From NCBI GenBank assembly GCA_038248345.1, contig JBBRXO010000006.1, positions 10-64,009 of the forward strand: a DNA stretch of 64,000 nt, written 5' to 3'. This document shows, piece after piece, positions 9,316-18,732 of this stretch. The first letter of the stretch is position 1; each line of letters starts with the position of its first letter. The translations under genes were made by a program, and so were the position numbers. Below the pieces are notes generated by a model, which was not told the origin of the DNA, searched no databases, and worked only from the letters and a program-made list of their open reading frames with translations. Source of the stretch: Armatimonadota bacterium (GTDB lineage: Bacteria; Armatimonadota; Hebobacteria; CAIYQO01).

Positions 9316-11145
9316 TTACTCTACTGTGACGCTCTTCGCCAGGTTGCGCGGCTGGTCGATGTCGAAGCCGAGGTAATCAGCACAGAAGTACGCCAGTAGT
9401 TGCAGCGGCAGTACCGCTAATATCGGAGTGAATAACTCTTCCGTGCGCGGGATGGGGATTACGTCGTCGGCGGATTTGCCCAGATCCTTGTCGTCCTTCG
9501 CGCCTACGGCGATGACGTGCCCTTCACGCGCTTTCACTTCCTTGATATTCGAGAGCATCTTGTCATACACACTACCCGGCACCGCAATGGCCACCGTGGG
9601 GCACTCCGGGGTGATGAGGGCGATGGGGCCGTGCTTCATCTCGCCAGCGGCGTAGCCTTCGGCATGGATATAGCTGATCTCCTTGAGTTTCAACGCCCCC
9701 TCCAGCGCAGTGGGGAAGTTCACCCCGCGGCCCAGGTAGAGCATCGAGTTTACGTTATGGAAGCGGCGGCTAAAATCCTTCACCATCTCATGCTCTTCCA
9801 GCACTTCCTTCATCTGCTCGGGGAGTTTCTCCAGTGCGATGATCAGTTCGGCGGCGCGTGCAGCGGAGAGCATACCGCGCTGCTCGCCCAGGTAGAGCGC
9901 CAGCAGGTACATCACCATCAACTGCGTGCTATAGGCCTTGGTGCTGGCGACGGCGATCTCTGGGCCGGCGTAGGTGTAGAGCGTACTGTCCGCCTCGCGG
10001 TCGACCGAACTGCCCACCACATTGGTGATAGCCAGCACGTGTGCGCCGCGTTCCTTGGCCTCGCGCAGCCCCGCCAATGTGTCGGCGGTCTCGCCGGACT
10101 GGCTGATGATGATCGCCAACGTGTGTTTGTCGATGACCGGGTCACGGTAGCGGAATTCGCTGGCCACGTCGATCTCCACCGCCAGCCGTGCCAGCTGTTC
10201 AATGGCGTATTTGCCCACATAGCCTGCATGGTAGGCGGTGCCGCAGGAGATGATCGAGACCTTGGTGATATTGCGCACTTCTTCGGCGGTGAGATTAAAA
10301 CCGGGAAGAATTACTCCCGTGCGGTCATCGCGCAGACGTCCGCGCAGCGTCTCCGCCAGCGCCACCGGCTGCTCATTGATCTCCTTCAGCATGTAGTGCT
10401 TGTAGCCACCCTTCTCCGCCGCCAGCGCGTCCCACTGCACGATTGATACCTCCGCCGTCACAGGGGTGCCGTCCAGCGTGGTGAGGGTGATGCCATCGGC
10501 GGTTACTACCGCGACTTCACCGTTTTTCAGGTAGGTCACTTTGCGGGTATGCATGAGGATAGCGGGCACATCAGAGGCGACGAAATTCTCCTCATCTCCG
10601 TGTCCCAGAATCAGCGGGCTATGCAGGCGCGCCGCCACCATCGACTCCGGCTCATCCTTACAGATCGCCACCATCGCGTAGGAACCTTCGATAAGCTTCA
10701 ACGTGGCGCACACCGCATCATAGAGGTTACCCGCATAAAATTTTTCGATCAGGTGCGCCAGCACTTCGGTGTCGGTCTCCGAGGTGAAGACGTGGCCCTC
10801 TGCCTGGAGTTGTTCACGTAACTGCAGGTAGTTCTCTACAATACCGTTATGCACCACCGAGAATTTACCCGAGCAATCGCAATGCGGGTGCGAGTTCTTA
10901 TCACTCGGTGCCCCATGCGTGGCCCAGCGTGTGTGCCCGATGCCCAGATGGCCATGGACGGGAGCTGAGTGCAGCTCTTTCGTCAGGTTCTCCAGTTTGC
11001 CCTTGCGGCGCTTAACAACGACCTCACCATCCGAGAGGATAGCCACCCCCGCCGAGTCATAACCACGGTACTCCAACTTCGCCAGACCCTCGATGAGAAT
11101 CTGCGTGGCATTGGCCGTCCCGATATATCCCACAATTCCGCACAT
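9316..11145 (-). CDS. glmS: glutamine--fructose-6-phosphate aminotransferase
   Basis: 609 aa. MCGIVGY N-terminal nucleophile amidotransferase start and two SIS domains; ends KSVTVE. Confidence 0.95.
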   Translation of the reverse strand: MCGIVGYIGTANATQILIEGLAKLEYRGYDSAGVAILSDGEVVVKRRKGKLENLTKELHSAPVHGHLGIGHTRWATHGAPSDKNSHPHCDCSGKFSVVHNGIVENYLQLREQLQAEGHVFTSETDTEVLAHLIEKFYAGNLYDAVCATLKLIEGSYAMVAICKDEPESMVAARLHSPLILGHGDEENFVASDVPAILMHTRKVTYLKNGEVAVVTADGITLTTLDGTPVTAEVSIVQWDALAAEKGGYKHYMLKEINEQPVALAETLRGRLRDDRTGVILPGFNLTAEEVRNITKVSIISCGTAYHAGYVGKYAIEQLARLAVEIDVASEFRYRDPVIDKHTLAIIISQSGETADTLAGLREAKERGAHVLAITNVVGSSVDREADSTLYTYAGPEIAVASTKAYSTQLMVMYLLALYLGEQRGMLSAARAAELIIALEKLPEQMKEVLEEHEMVKDFSRRFHNVNSMLYLGRGVNFPTALEGALKLKEISYIHAEGYAAGEMKHGPIALITPECPTVAIAVPGSVYDKMLSNIKEVKAREGHVIAVGAKDDKDLGKSADDVIPIPRTEELFTPILAVLPLQLLAYFCADYLGFDIDQPRNLAKSVTVE

Positions 11146-11439
11146 ATTATTTGCTCCATTCTTTGCTGTTGCTGATTATACTGGTTTGCGTTCCTATGCT
11201 ATTATATGTTATCGCTGAGGGGGGTGCAAGTGAAAGCCACCTTCCCATGCTTAATGTTTGAACCCAGATTAACTTGATTATAAGGATTTTCCTGATAACT
11301 AAGCAAAATACTCCATACCGTCTCGATTATCAAGCAAATCCTTTTACTCTGGCGAATCCAGGTTCAGGCAGAGCGCGCTTTAGCGTGCTTGCCGTTGTTA
11401 ACCACCTCCTTCAGGGAGTGGTGTATCAGGAGACCACAT

Positions 11440-12732
11440 ATGCCCACAACCTACATAACCAACATCACCGCTATCACCATGGACGCGCAGAATACTATCT
11501 TTGATGATGCCACCATCGTCATTGTCGATGAACGGATCACCTTTGTCGGGCCATCATCTGCTCCGCCGGCGCTGGCGGTGGGTGCGGAGATTATTGATGG
11601 GGCGGGGATGGTGGCTATCCCCGGGCTGGTGAACGCGCATACGCATGTGGCGATGACGCTCTTTCGCGGGGCGGGGGACGATTTGCCGTTGATGACCTGG
11701 CTGACGGAGCATATCTGGCCGGTAGAGGCGCGCATGACGGACGACGACGTCTACTGGGGATCACTGCTGGGCGTGGCCGAGATGTTGCGCGCGGGGGTGA
11801 CCTCTTTCCAGGATATGTACTGGCACCTGCCTGCCACCGCGCGCGCGGTGCGCGAGAGTGGCATCCGCGCCTGCCTCAGCGGGCCAATTATCGGAGCAAT
11901 GCCTGGTAATGAGGACGCAGTGGCGTGTGCGGCGGAGCAAATACGCGCCATCAATGGTGAAAATAACCCTCTCCTCACCGCCTGCTTCGGGCCACACGCG
12001 CCCTACACTGTGCCCCCGGCGATGCTGACGCAGATCATCGACGCAGCAGGTGAGCTGGGCGTGCGCATCAATATCCATCTGGCAGAGACCGCTGGCGAGG
12101 TGGCGGGGCACATCGCGCAATATGGTGCCACCCCGGTGAAGCACCTGCACCAGCTCGGGTTGTTCAACGTCCCGGTGACCGCCGCGCATTGCGTACACTT
12201 CTCCCCCGAGGAGATTGAAATACTGGCGGCCGCTGACGCTGTGGTGGCGCACTGCCCCAGCAGCAACATGAAGCTGGGCAGCGGCATCGCCCCCGTGCCC
12301 GCGCTGTTGCGCGCGGGAGTGCCGGTAGCGCTGGGCAGCGACGGCGCAGGGAGCAACAACACGCTGGATATCCTGCGCGAGGTGCGCCAGGCGGCGCTGC
12401 TGCACAAGGTAATGGGAGACACCACGGCGGTGAGCGCAGCGCAAGCGCTGCGCATGGCCACGGTGAGTGGAGCGGCGGCGCTGGGGCATGCCGACATCGG
12501 CGTACTCGCCCCCGGCAAACTGGCCGACATCACGCTGCTGGACTTCAACTGCGCCCACCTGCAACCCTCCGCTGGCCGCCAGCAGAGCCACCTGGCCTAT
12601 GCAGCCAGCGGGCATGACGTTAATACGGTGATCGTTCACGGAAAAGTACTGCTGCGCAACCATCAGCTGACCACAATTGATGAGAAATTGATTTTTACGA
12701 AGGTGGAGGAGATAGCGCGGAGGCTATTTTAG
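11440..12732 (+). CDS. amidohydrolase-family metal-dependent deaminase (MTA/SAH deaminase MtaD- or SsnA-like)
   Basis: Amidohydrolase motifs (PGLVNAHTHVAMTLFRG, HLAET, SDGAGSNN). Start moved to the ATG at 11440, which has an AGGAGA RBS. Confidence 0.78.
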   Translation: MPTTYITNITAITMDAQNTIFDDATIVIVDERITFVGPSSAPPALAVGAEIIDGAGMVAIPGLVNAHTHVAMTLFRGAGDDLPLMTWLTEHIWPVEARMTDDDVYWGSLLGVAEMLRAGVTSFQDMYWHLPATARAVRESGIRACLSGPIIGAMPGNEDAVACAAEQIRAINGENNPLLTACFGPHAPYTVPPAMLTQIIDAAGELGVRINIHLAETAGEVAGHIAQYGATPVKHLHQLGLFNVPVTAAHCVHFSPEEIEILAAADAVVAHCPSSNMKLGSGIAPVPALLRAGVPVALGSDGAGSNNTLDILREVRQAALLHKVMGDTTAVSAAQALRMATVSGAAALGHADIGVLAPGKLADITLLDFNCAHLQPSAGRQQSHLAYAASGHDVNTVIVHGKVLLRNHQLTTIDEKLIFTKVEEIARRLF

Positions 12733-12745
12733 GCGAATGCTAACC

Positions 12746-12774
12746 TTGACGCGTATTATCCCTTCCGGTAAAAT
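12746..12774 (+). promoter_or_regulatory. sigma70-like promoter TTGACG-N17-TAAAAT upstream of the SurA-like gene
   Basis: Seen in sequence: -35 at 12746-12751, -10 at 12769-12774. Confidence 0.5.
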
Positions 12775-12825
12775 TATCTAATTGAAATTGACCTGCCCGC
12801 GTGACGGATTCCAAAGGAGCAGAAA

Positions 12826-13947
12826 GTGCAAAAGTTCTTAAAAGATTGGCGCAACAGTGCGCTGATTGTAGCGGCGATATTGATCGTCATCCTCATCATC
12901 TTCATAAAAACCGGTGGCGAGCGTACGAATTCTACGTTAGTCCGCGTGGGCACGAAGAATATAACAGTGTCCGATCTCAATGCAATTATGAAGAAACGCT
13001 TCGGTGAACAGATGGTAAAACAGACTGTCTCAGACATGCTCATCCAGACTTATGCCGAAATGAAGAATGTCTCCGCAAATGAACGTGAAATTGATCAACT
13101 GGTAAACCAGGAGAAGCGCGTTGCCGAACAACAGGGAAAATCACTGGATGATGACCTGAAGGCGAGCGGCCTCACCATGGAAGCATTCCGCGAGCAAGCA
13201 CGCTCCATGGCCTTGCGTGCCAAGCTAGTGGTACCTGGAGAAGAGATTGCCAAGGTTTTGCAGGAGATCGTAAAAAGCAACGACCCCAGTCTGACCTATC
13301 CGCAAAGCTACCGCATTCGCACATTGTATTACTCCAACGAAGAATTTGCCAAACAATCACTTGCCATGCTGCAAGGTGTGAAGGATGACGAAGCGGGCAA
13401 AATACAACTGGCACAGGTGGCAGGGAGCGCACTGAATGCAAGCACTGCGATGAATATCAACCGCTATACTATTGAAGGTGATAAAGATACCCTAGACGTT
13501 GAGCTAATTGCCGCTCTCAAGGATTTACAACCGAATATGTGGAGCGAACCGACGAAGATGCACATCTCCAGCAAAAAACCTCCTAAAGATGAAAAAGAAG
13601 CGGAAGCGATGAAAAGCTATCGCCGGATCATCCAATTGATAGAAGTGGTGCCGGAAGAGAAGCCGACCTTGGAAAACCGTAACATCATCATAGCCATGGA
13701 TATCATCCAGCAGAAACAGGACTATTACCAGAAATTCAATCAGATTGAAGCAGAAGCCCGCCAGAAGATTGACGTTACCTTCCTGAATAACGATTTCCCC
13801 ATTGCGGTGAAATTCTTTAACGATCTGTACAAACAGAACCAACCGATACCCGGCGCTGATTCCTTCGGAGGATCAGCGATGAATGTCACGCCGGGCCCGC
13901 TGCCAGCACCCGATGCAATACCGACACCACCCGGGGCAGGTAAATAA
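12826..13947 (+). CDS. membrane-anchored SurA N-domain-like chaperone (PpiD/PrsA-like, no obvious PPIase motifs)
   Basis: 373 aa. N-terminal TM anchor then a SurA_N-like region. GTG start with AAAGGAG RBS. TTGACG-N17-TAAAAT promoter upstream. Confidence 0.5.
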   Translation: MQKFLKDWRNSALIVAAILIVILIIFIKTGGERTNSTLVRVGTKNITVSDLNAIMKKRFGEQMVKQTVSDMLIQTYAEMKNVSANEREIDQLVNQEKRVAEQQGKSLDDDLKASGLTMEAFREQARSMALRAKLVVPGEEIAKVLQEIVKSNDPSLTYPQSYRIRTLYYSNEEFAKQSLAMLQGVKDDEAGKIQLAQVAGSALNASTAMNINRYTIEGDKDTLDVELIAALKDLQPNMWSEPTKMHISSKKPPKDEKEAEAMKSYRRIIQLIEVVPEEKPTLENRNIIIAMDIIQQKQDYYQKFNQIEAEARQKIDVTFLNNDFPIAVKFFNDLYKQNQPIPGADSFGGSAMNVTPGPLPAPDAIPTPPGAGK

Positions 13948-13958
13948 ACCAGCAACAA

Positions 13959-13990
13959 CGGGGTGGCCTACCGGCCACCCCGCTTTTTTT
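13959..13990 (+). terminator. rho-independent terminator after the SurA-like gene
   Basis: ggggtggcc-tacc-ggccacccc followed by gcttttttt. Confidence 0.7.
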
Positions 13991-14008
13991 ACAAAAGGAT
14001 ACCTCGCT

Positions 14009-15598
14009 ATGTCACATCCTATAACCATCGTCGGCCTCGGGCCTGCCGCAATGAACCTGGTACCGCAGGGAACTGTGAATCTATTGCGGTCAGCGCGGCT
14101 GGTAATATTGCGTACCGGCAGGCACCCAGCAGCAGAAGAGCTCTCCGCTGCTGGGGTAAATGCGACTACCTGCGATGACCTGTACGAGACAAAAGCTACC
14201 TTTGAAGAGGTTTACGCCGCCGTGGTACAACGCGTGCTGTCCGCAGCAACTGACGGCCCGGTGGTATATGCTGTCCCGGGGGATCCACTGGTGGCTGAGC
14301 GCACCGTACAGGGTTTGTTGGCAGCCGCACGTGCTGACAAAAAATTGAATATACAAGTGATCCCCGCGCTGGGTGCGCTTAACATGATATTGGCCCGGCT
14401 GCAACTTGATCCCGGCGATGGCATGTTACTGTTGGATGCCCGCGACCCACAATTGCGCCCCGCCAATGAAGCGCCCGGTATCGCTGATCATGACGCCTAC
14501 CACGGCGCGCAGCCACGCGTGAACCCGACGTTGCCGACGCTCTGGTTTCAGGTGGACACCCCGCTGGTGGCCAGCGACCTGAAGGTGATCCTGCTGGAGC
14601 AATATCCGCCGGAACACCGGGTGACTGTGCTCACCGCCGTGGGTGCCGCGGATGAGCAGGTGACGGAGATACCGCTGGAGGATCTCGACCGCGAAGTCGC
14701 CATCAATCACCTCACCAGCCTTTTCGTCCCCGTGCTCCCCGCCGTGCAGCGTCGGCATACGGTAACAGACCTGCGTGCTATCATGGCATTGCTCCGCGCT
14801 CCGGGCGGCTGCCCGTGGGATCGCGAGCAGGATATGCTGGGTATGCGCCGCACTATCATCGAGGAAGCCTACGAGACGGTGGAGGCAATCGAGAAGGACG
14901 ACCCGGAGAACATCGCCGAGGAGCTGGGCGATCTGCTGCTGAATATCATCTTCGTAGCGCAGCTGGGTGCCGAAGAGGGCGTCTTTGATCTCGATGACGT
15001 GGCAGGCACACTGGCGGGCAAGCTCATCCGCCGCCACGCGCACGTCTTCGGGCAGGTGGAGGCCGACACCGCCGGTGCCGTGCTGCAGAGCTGGGAGAAG
15101 ATCAAAGCCAGTGAGCGGGCGGAAAAGGGTGAACACAGCATCTTCGACGATGTTCCGCAGGCGCTCCCGGCACTCTCCCGCGCACAGAAACTGCAGAAAC
15201 GCGCCGCCCGTGTCGGCTTCGACTGGCCCGATTACCGCGGCCCCTTGCAGAAACTACATGAGGAACTGCAAGAGACGCAGGAGGAGCTGGGGATCATGGA
15301 CACCTGGGAACTTCCTGCTATCCTCGCGGATCCACTGACTCCTATGTCGCAATTGCCGCCACTCACTGCCGATCCGGCACGCCTAACCCACGAAGTAGGC
15401 GATATCCTCTTCGCCGCCGTCAATCTCGCCCGCTTCCTGCATTTAGACGCCGAAGAAGTACTGCGCGAAGCCAACGCCCGCTTCGTCCGCCGCTTCACCC
15501 GGGTGGAAGATGAGGTGAAACGACAAGGCAAATCTATGGAACAGATGACCGTTGCCGAGATGGATGTAGTGTGGTTGGAGATCAAAGGGGAAGATTGA
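14009..15598 (+). CDS. mazG: tetrapyrrole-methylase/MazG nucleoside triphosphate pyrophosphohydrolase fusion (YabN-like)
   Basis: N-terminal SAM-methylase-like domain (ITIVGLGPAAMNLV) followed by two MazG EExxE/ELGDLL repeats. ATG at 14009 with RBS. Confidence 0.8.
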   Translation: MSHPITIVGLGPAAMNLVPQGTVNLLRSARLVILRTGRHPAAEELSAAGVNATTCDDLYETKATFEEVYAAVVQRVLSAATDGPVVYAVPGDPLVAERTVQGLLAAARADKKLNIQVIPALGALNMILARLQLDPGDGMLLLDARDPQLRPANEAPGIADHDAYHGAQPRVNPTLPTLWFQVDTPLVASDLKVILLEQYPPEHRVTVLTAVGAADEQVTEIPLEDLDREVAINHLTSLFVPVLPAVQRRHTVTDLRAIMALLRAPGGCPWDREQDMLGMRRTIIEEAYETVEAIEKDDPENIAEELGDLLLNIIFVAQLGAEEGVFDLDDVAGTLAGKLIRRHAHVFGQVEADTAGAVLQSWEKIKASERAEKGEHSIFDDVPQALPALSRAQKLQKRAARVGFDWPDYRGPLQKLHEELQETQEELGIMDTWELPAILADPLTPMSQLPPLTADPARLTHEVGDILFAAVNLARFLHLDAEEVLREANARFVRRFTRVEDEVKRQGKSMEQMTVAEMDVVWLEIKGED

Positions 15599-15618
15599 GG
15601 GGATAACGCAGCACCTCG

Positions 15619-16227
15619 TCACCCCTCCAGAAACACCCGAGCCGGGGCACCGTCAGCGCCCAGTAGCAACATGGGGGCACAGGTGAGGCGGTAGTCTCCG
15701 GGGGGAACGTTGTGGAGGTTCAGGCCTTCTACAATTATGATACCGGTGGAGAGGAGTAGCTCGTGGACTTCGCCGTTGCCGCCGTATTTCTCGATTGAAA
15801 GCCCATCGACGCCGACGAGTTTCACGCCCAGACCAGAGAGCAGGATAGCCGTGTCGATGGCCAAGCTGACGAAATCGGGGTCGAAATCTACCTCATTTTG
15901 TGCCCAGCGGATCGAATTGCGCGTACGAAAAAGCACCCGCTCTACACCGATCAGATGCTGTTCTGCCAAGGTATCCACGGTTATCTGCGCTACATCCGGC
16001 AAGTAGATTACCTTGCATTTGCCGATCAGCGCCGCTGGGTCAAGCTGATCGACAGTGACGGGTGAGACCGAGAAGTGCGTAGGTGCATCGACATGCGTAC
16101 CCGCATGGGAACCGATGCCCCAGCGCGATAGCTTCACGTGCTCACCGAACGTCTCACGTTCCACCCCCGGATCACCGGGCCAGCAGGCCATGCCCGGAGA
16201 AATCGGCAACGTTATATCATAAATCAT
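15619..16227 (-). CDS. cyclase-family protein (kynurenine formamidase-like)
   Basis: 202 aa. HxGTHxDxPxH motif (SHAGTHVDAPTHF) typical of the cyclase/arylformamidase family. Confidence 0.75.
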   Translation of the reverse strand: MIYDITLPISPGMACWPGDPGVERETFGEHVKLSRWGIGSHAGTHVDAPTHFSVSPVTVDQLDPAALIGKCKVIYLPDVAQITVDTLAEQHLIGVERVLFRTRNSIRWAQNEVDFDPDFVSLAIDTAILLSGLGVKLVGVDGLSIEKYGGNGEVHELLLSTGIIIVEGLNLHNVPPGDYRLTCAPMLLLGADGAPARVFLEG

Positions 16228-16234
16228 CGTTTTA

Positions 16235-17575
16235 CTAGCTCCCGTACCACACCATCAACGTGCGCAATGTCGCGCGATCCGCTAGATATCGCAGACGGAA
16301 CTGCTCTGTCGGCACCTTAAAGAAGGGTATCCGTCCATGACGGCGGTCAACGATCTGAATCGCCCGCTCCATCGCCTGCGCGTCAATATGCGTCAGTTTG
16401 CGCCCGAGGGCATCGGCCCGGGCGAACCAGAGGATGAACGGCGCGGTGAGTAGCAGCGCCCCCAGCCCCTCCAGATATGACCGCCTGAAGAAGAATGGCC
16501 CGAAAAAGGCCAGGCTGGTGAAGCGCATGTGGAAGTAGCGCTCCAGCGCTGCCGCCGCCGCTGCACTGGGGATACCGAAAGATTTATCCAGCTCCATGAA
16601 GGTGACTGTTGGGAAGCCGGGGTACAATTTAGGTACTACTCCGAAACCCATAATCATATTCATGTTATTAGTAAGACGCTCACCGAGGTTGGCCGGGGCA
16701 TTTATCCGATCAGCGCGTCCATATGCAGCGAGAAGCTGGCGAAAAAGCTGGCGTGCCCCCAAACCCGGTTGCACGCGCGGTAATTCATCGGCCCGCGCCG
16801 CCGCTACCACCTTGTCCGTAACTACCTTAAGGAAGTCCGACAGTTTGCGCCCTTCCATCTCCCCTATCCGTGGGGTGCGCAACAGCGCCGCCATATTCAC
16901 GCAGGCAAGCAACTTGCGCGTGATATCCAAATCAGGAATCACCATTATCGACTCTAGACTCTCACTCAACCGGCAGAGCTGCGGCCAGCTCAGCTTCACG
17001 CGGTCATAAAATGGCGCTGGCTCAATACCCACTACTGACTCCGGCAGCGCCAGCGGTAGCAACCCCAACAGCGCTTGCCGATGTCCAGGGATGGCGCGGC
17101 CTTTGTTCTCCGCCACCGCCGGGCAATCAAAACGAATGTCTATCCGCACCTGTTTTCCCAACGGGTTGAACATGAAAGGAAAAAGGCGGCACGGCAGCGG
17201 TTTCGCTGCTTCGCCGAACTTCGCATGGATTCGGCAGAGGCCCTTTTCGTTCTGGAAGACGCACGGGCCGTCAACGCGGTTATTCAGCACCGTGCGGCCA
17301 TCATGACGGCGGAATAGCTCCACCCCCGCCATCTCCGGGTCGTCCCCCCACCCCTGCCCTTTGATACGCTCCTGCTCTTCGGCGGTGACGGTGACGTAAA
17401 ACACCCCCTGGCAACAGGCCCCGCAACCGGTACAGTCATAGCATTGAAAAGACGGTGGCGTAACCAGACTGAAAGATTTAGCGTTCATTTCACCTTTTTG
17501 CATAATTAAGATGATACCGAAAATGAGCGTTGAGCACAAATATAGTAAATCAGACCCCCGCACAAACGCGCACAA
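16235..17575 (-). CDS. YkgJ-family Cys-cluster (CxxCxxCC, UPF0153) protein with about 300-aa C-terminal extension of unknown function
   Basis: CYDCTGCGACCQ ... GPCVFQNEKGLCRIHAKFGEAAKPLPCRLFPF zinc/iron-chelating domain. 8 nt from the cyclase gene on the same strand; likely an operon. Confidence 0.6.
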   Translation of the reverse strand: MCAFVRGSDLLYLCSTLIFGIILIMQKGEMNAKSFSLVTPPSFQCYDCTGCGACCQGVFYVTVTAEEQERIKGQGWGDDPEMAGVELFRRHDGRTVLNNRVDGPCVFQNEKGLCRIHAKFGEAAKPLPCRLFPFMFNPLGKQVRIDIRFDCPAVAENKGRAIPGHRQALLGLLPLALPESVVGIEPAPFYDRVKLSWPQLCRLSESLESIMVIPDLDITRKLLACVNMAALLRTPRIGEMEGRKLSDFLKVVTDKVVAAARADELPRVQPGLGARQLFRQLLAAYGRADRINAPANLGERLTNNMNMIMGFGVVPKLYPGFPTVTFMELDKSFGIPSAAAAAALERYFHMRFTSLAFFGPFFFRRSYLEGLGALLLTAPFILWFARADALGRKLTHIDAQAMERAIQIVDRRHGRIPFFKVPTEQFRLRYLADRATLRTLMVWYGS

Positions 17576-17618
17576 GCATGTTATAATACGACACCGATAC
17601 CACTATTAACGGAGGATT

Positions 17619-17990
17619 ATGATGACTGACGAAGTAAAACCCGTGGATGATGAACAGTGCGCAGCATGCAGTGATGAAAGCTGTAACGGAACCTGCAGCG
17701 ATAGCGAAGAGAACGCCCCTCAAATGCCTGATCTGAAGGTAGAAGACCTGATGATGTGGACGCTGGGCGAATATGCACGGATGGCGTGGATGAACCTGGG
17801 CATCCAGACCAACCCAGCCACCGGTGATACCACCGCGAACTTCCCCCAGGCACGCCTGGCCATCGACTGTATCAACGCCATGGTACCACTGCTGGAAGGC
17901 AAAATGGAACCCCATATGCTACGCGATCTGAAGAACATGCTCAGCAGCCTGCAGATGAACTACGCGCAACGGTTCAATGCTGGGAGTTAA
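17619..17990 (+). CDS. DUF1844 family protein
   Basis: 123 aa, acidic Cys-rich N-terminus, conserved WMNLG core typical of DUF1844. Confidence 0.55.
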   Translation: MMTDEVKPVDDEQCAACSDESCNGTCSDSEENAPQMPDLKVEDLMMWTLGEYARMAWMNLGIQTNPATGDTTANFPQARLAIDCINAMVPLLEGKMEPHMLRDLKNMLSSLQMNYAQRFNAGS

Positions 17991-18035
17991 AGGTTCAATA
18001 TTCAACGTTCAATAGGGACGGGCAAAGGGTCTTCC

Positions 18036-18056
18036 TTGGAACTTGAAACTTGAAAC
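18036..18056 (+). promoter_or_regulatory. tandem heptanucleotide tract (TTGGAAC)(TTGAAAC)2 directly upstream of the DUF721 gene ATG
   Basis: Seen in sequence. Ends 6 nt before the ATG. Inverted GTTCAA hexamers at 17993-18012. Confidence 0.6.
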
Positions 18057-18062
18057 TAAATT

Positions 18063-18608
18063 ATGGCTCAACTCAAACTCGATGAAGTGCTGGGAACGCT
18101 GCTGAAGAACAAGCGTTTCGCAGCGAATTTGCGGCGCGTGATGGTGTTGACCATGTGGAAACAGGTGGTAGGGCCGCTCATCGCGCAGAAAAGCTGGCCC
18201 GTGCGTATCAGTGATGGCGTGCTCCAGGTTCGGGTGTCCTCGCACGCCTGGTGCGATCAGCTGCACCTGCTCACCCCACAGATACTCGAGCGCTACAATA
18301 CCCTCCTCGGGCGCGCCTCGGTAAAGAAGATAGAATTCCGCCAGGGCAGTCGCAGCAAGGTGGGCGTTGAAGACCCCCACAGCCTGCACCCACTCTTCCC
18401 ACCTCGTGGAGAGGCCATACCCGCCGCACCGCCGGAGACAGACCCGCTGGCCCACATCACCAACCCCGAAGTCCGCGCCGCCCTCGCCCCTGGCTTCGCC
18501 CGCCTTCGCGCCACCCGTGCCTGGAAAGAAGCCCACGGCTGGACCCGCTGTGAAGCCTGCGGCAAAGTATACCATCTCACCGCAGGATGTCCGTGGTGTA
18601 AAAAATAA
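18063..18608 (+). CDS. DUF721 (DciA-like) domain protein with C-terminal CxxC zinc ribbon
   Basis: 181 aa. The DUF721-like N-terminal region fits better than the overlapping 230-aa minus-strand ORF. The ATG is preceded directly by a (TTGRAAC)3 tract. Confidence 0.6.
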   Translation: MAQLKLDEVLGTLLKNKRFAANLRRVMVLTMWKQVVGPLIAQKSWPVRISDGVLQVRVSSHAWCDQLHLLTPQILERYNTLLGRASVKKIEFRQGSRSKVGVEDPHSLHPLFPPRGEAIPAAPPETDPLAHITNPEVRAALAPGFARLRATRAWKEAHGWTRCEACGKVYHLTAGCPWCKK

Positions 18609-18732
18609 CTGGTATACGGTTATCTCCCTCGAATAAAAATCTTCTGCCTCTTGTCTTCTGAGCCCTTTTTCGGGTAACTTATAGCTGGTAAAAATTAACA
18701 CTGGCTAGTATGTTACTGAAGGAATTTGATTA

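Noticed and set aside
18009-18701. 230-aa minus-strand ORF overlapping the DUF721 gene
   Set aside because: The plus-strand ORF has a recognisable DUF721/zinc-ribbon architecture. The minus-strand ORF is a GC-rich antisense artefact with no motifs.
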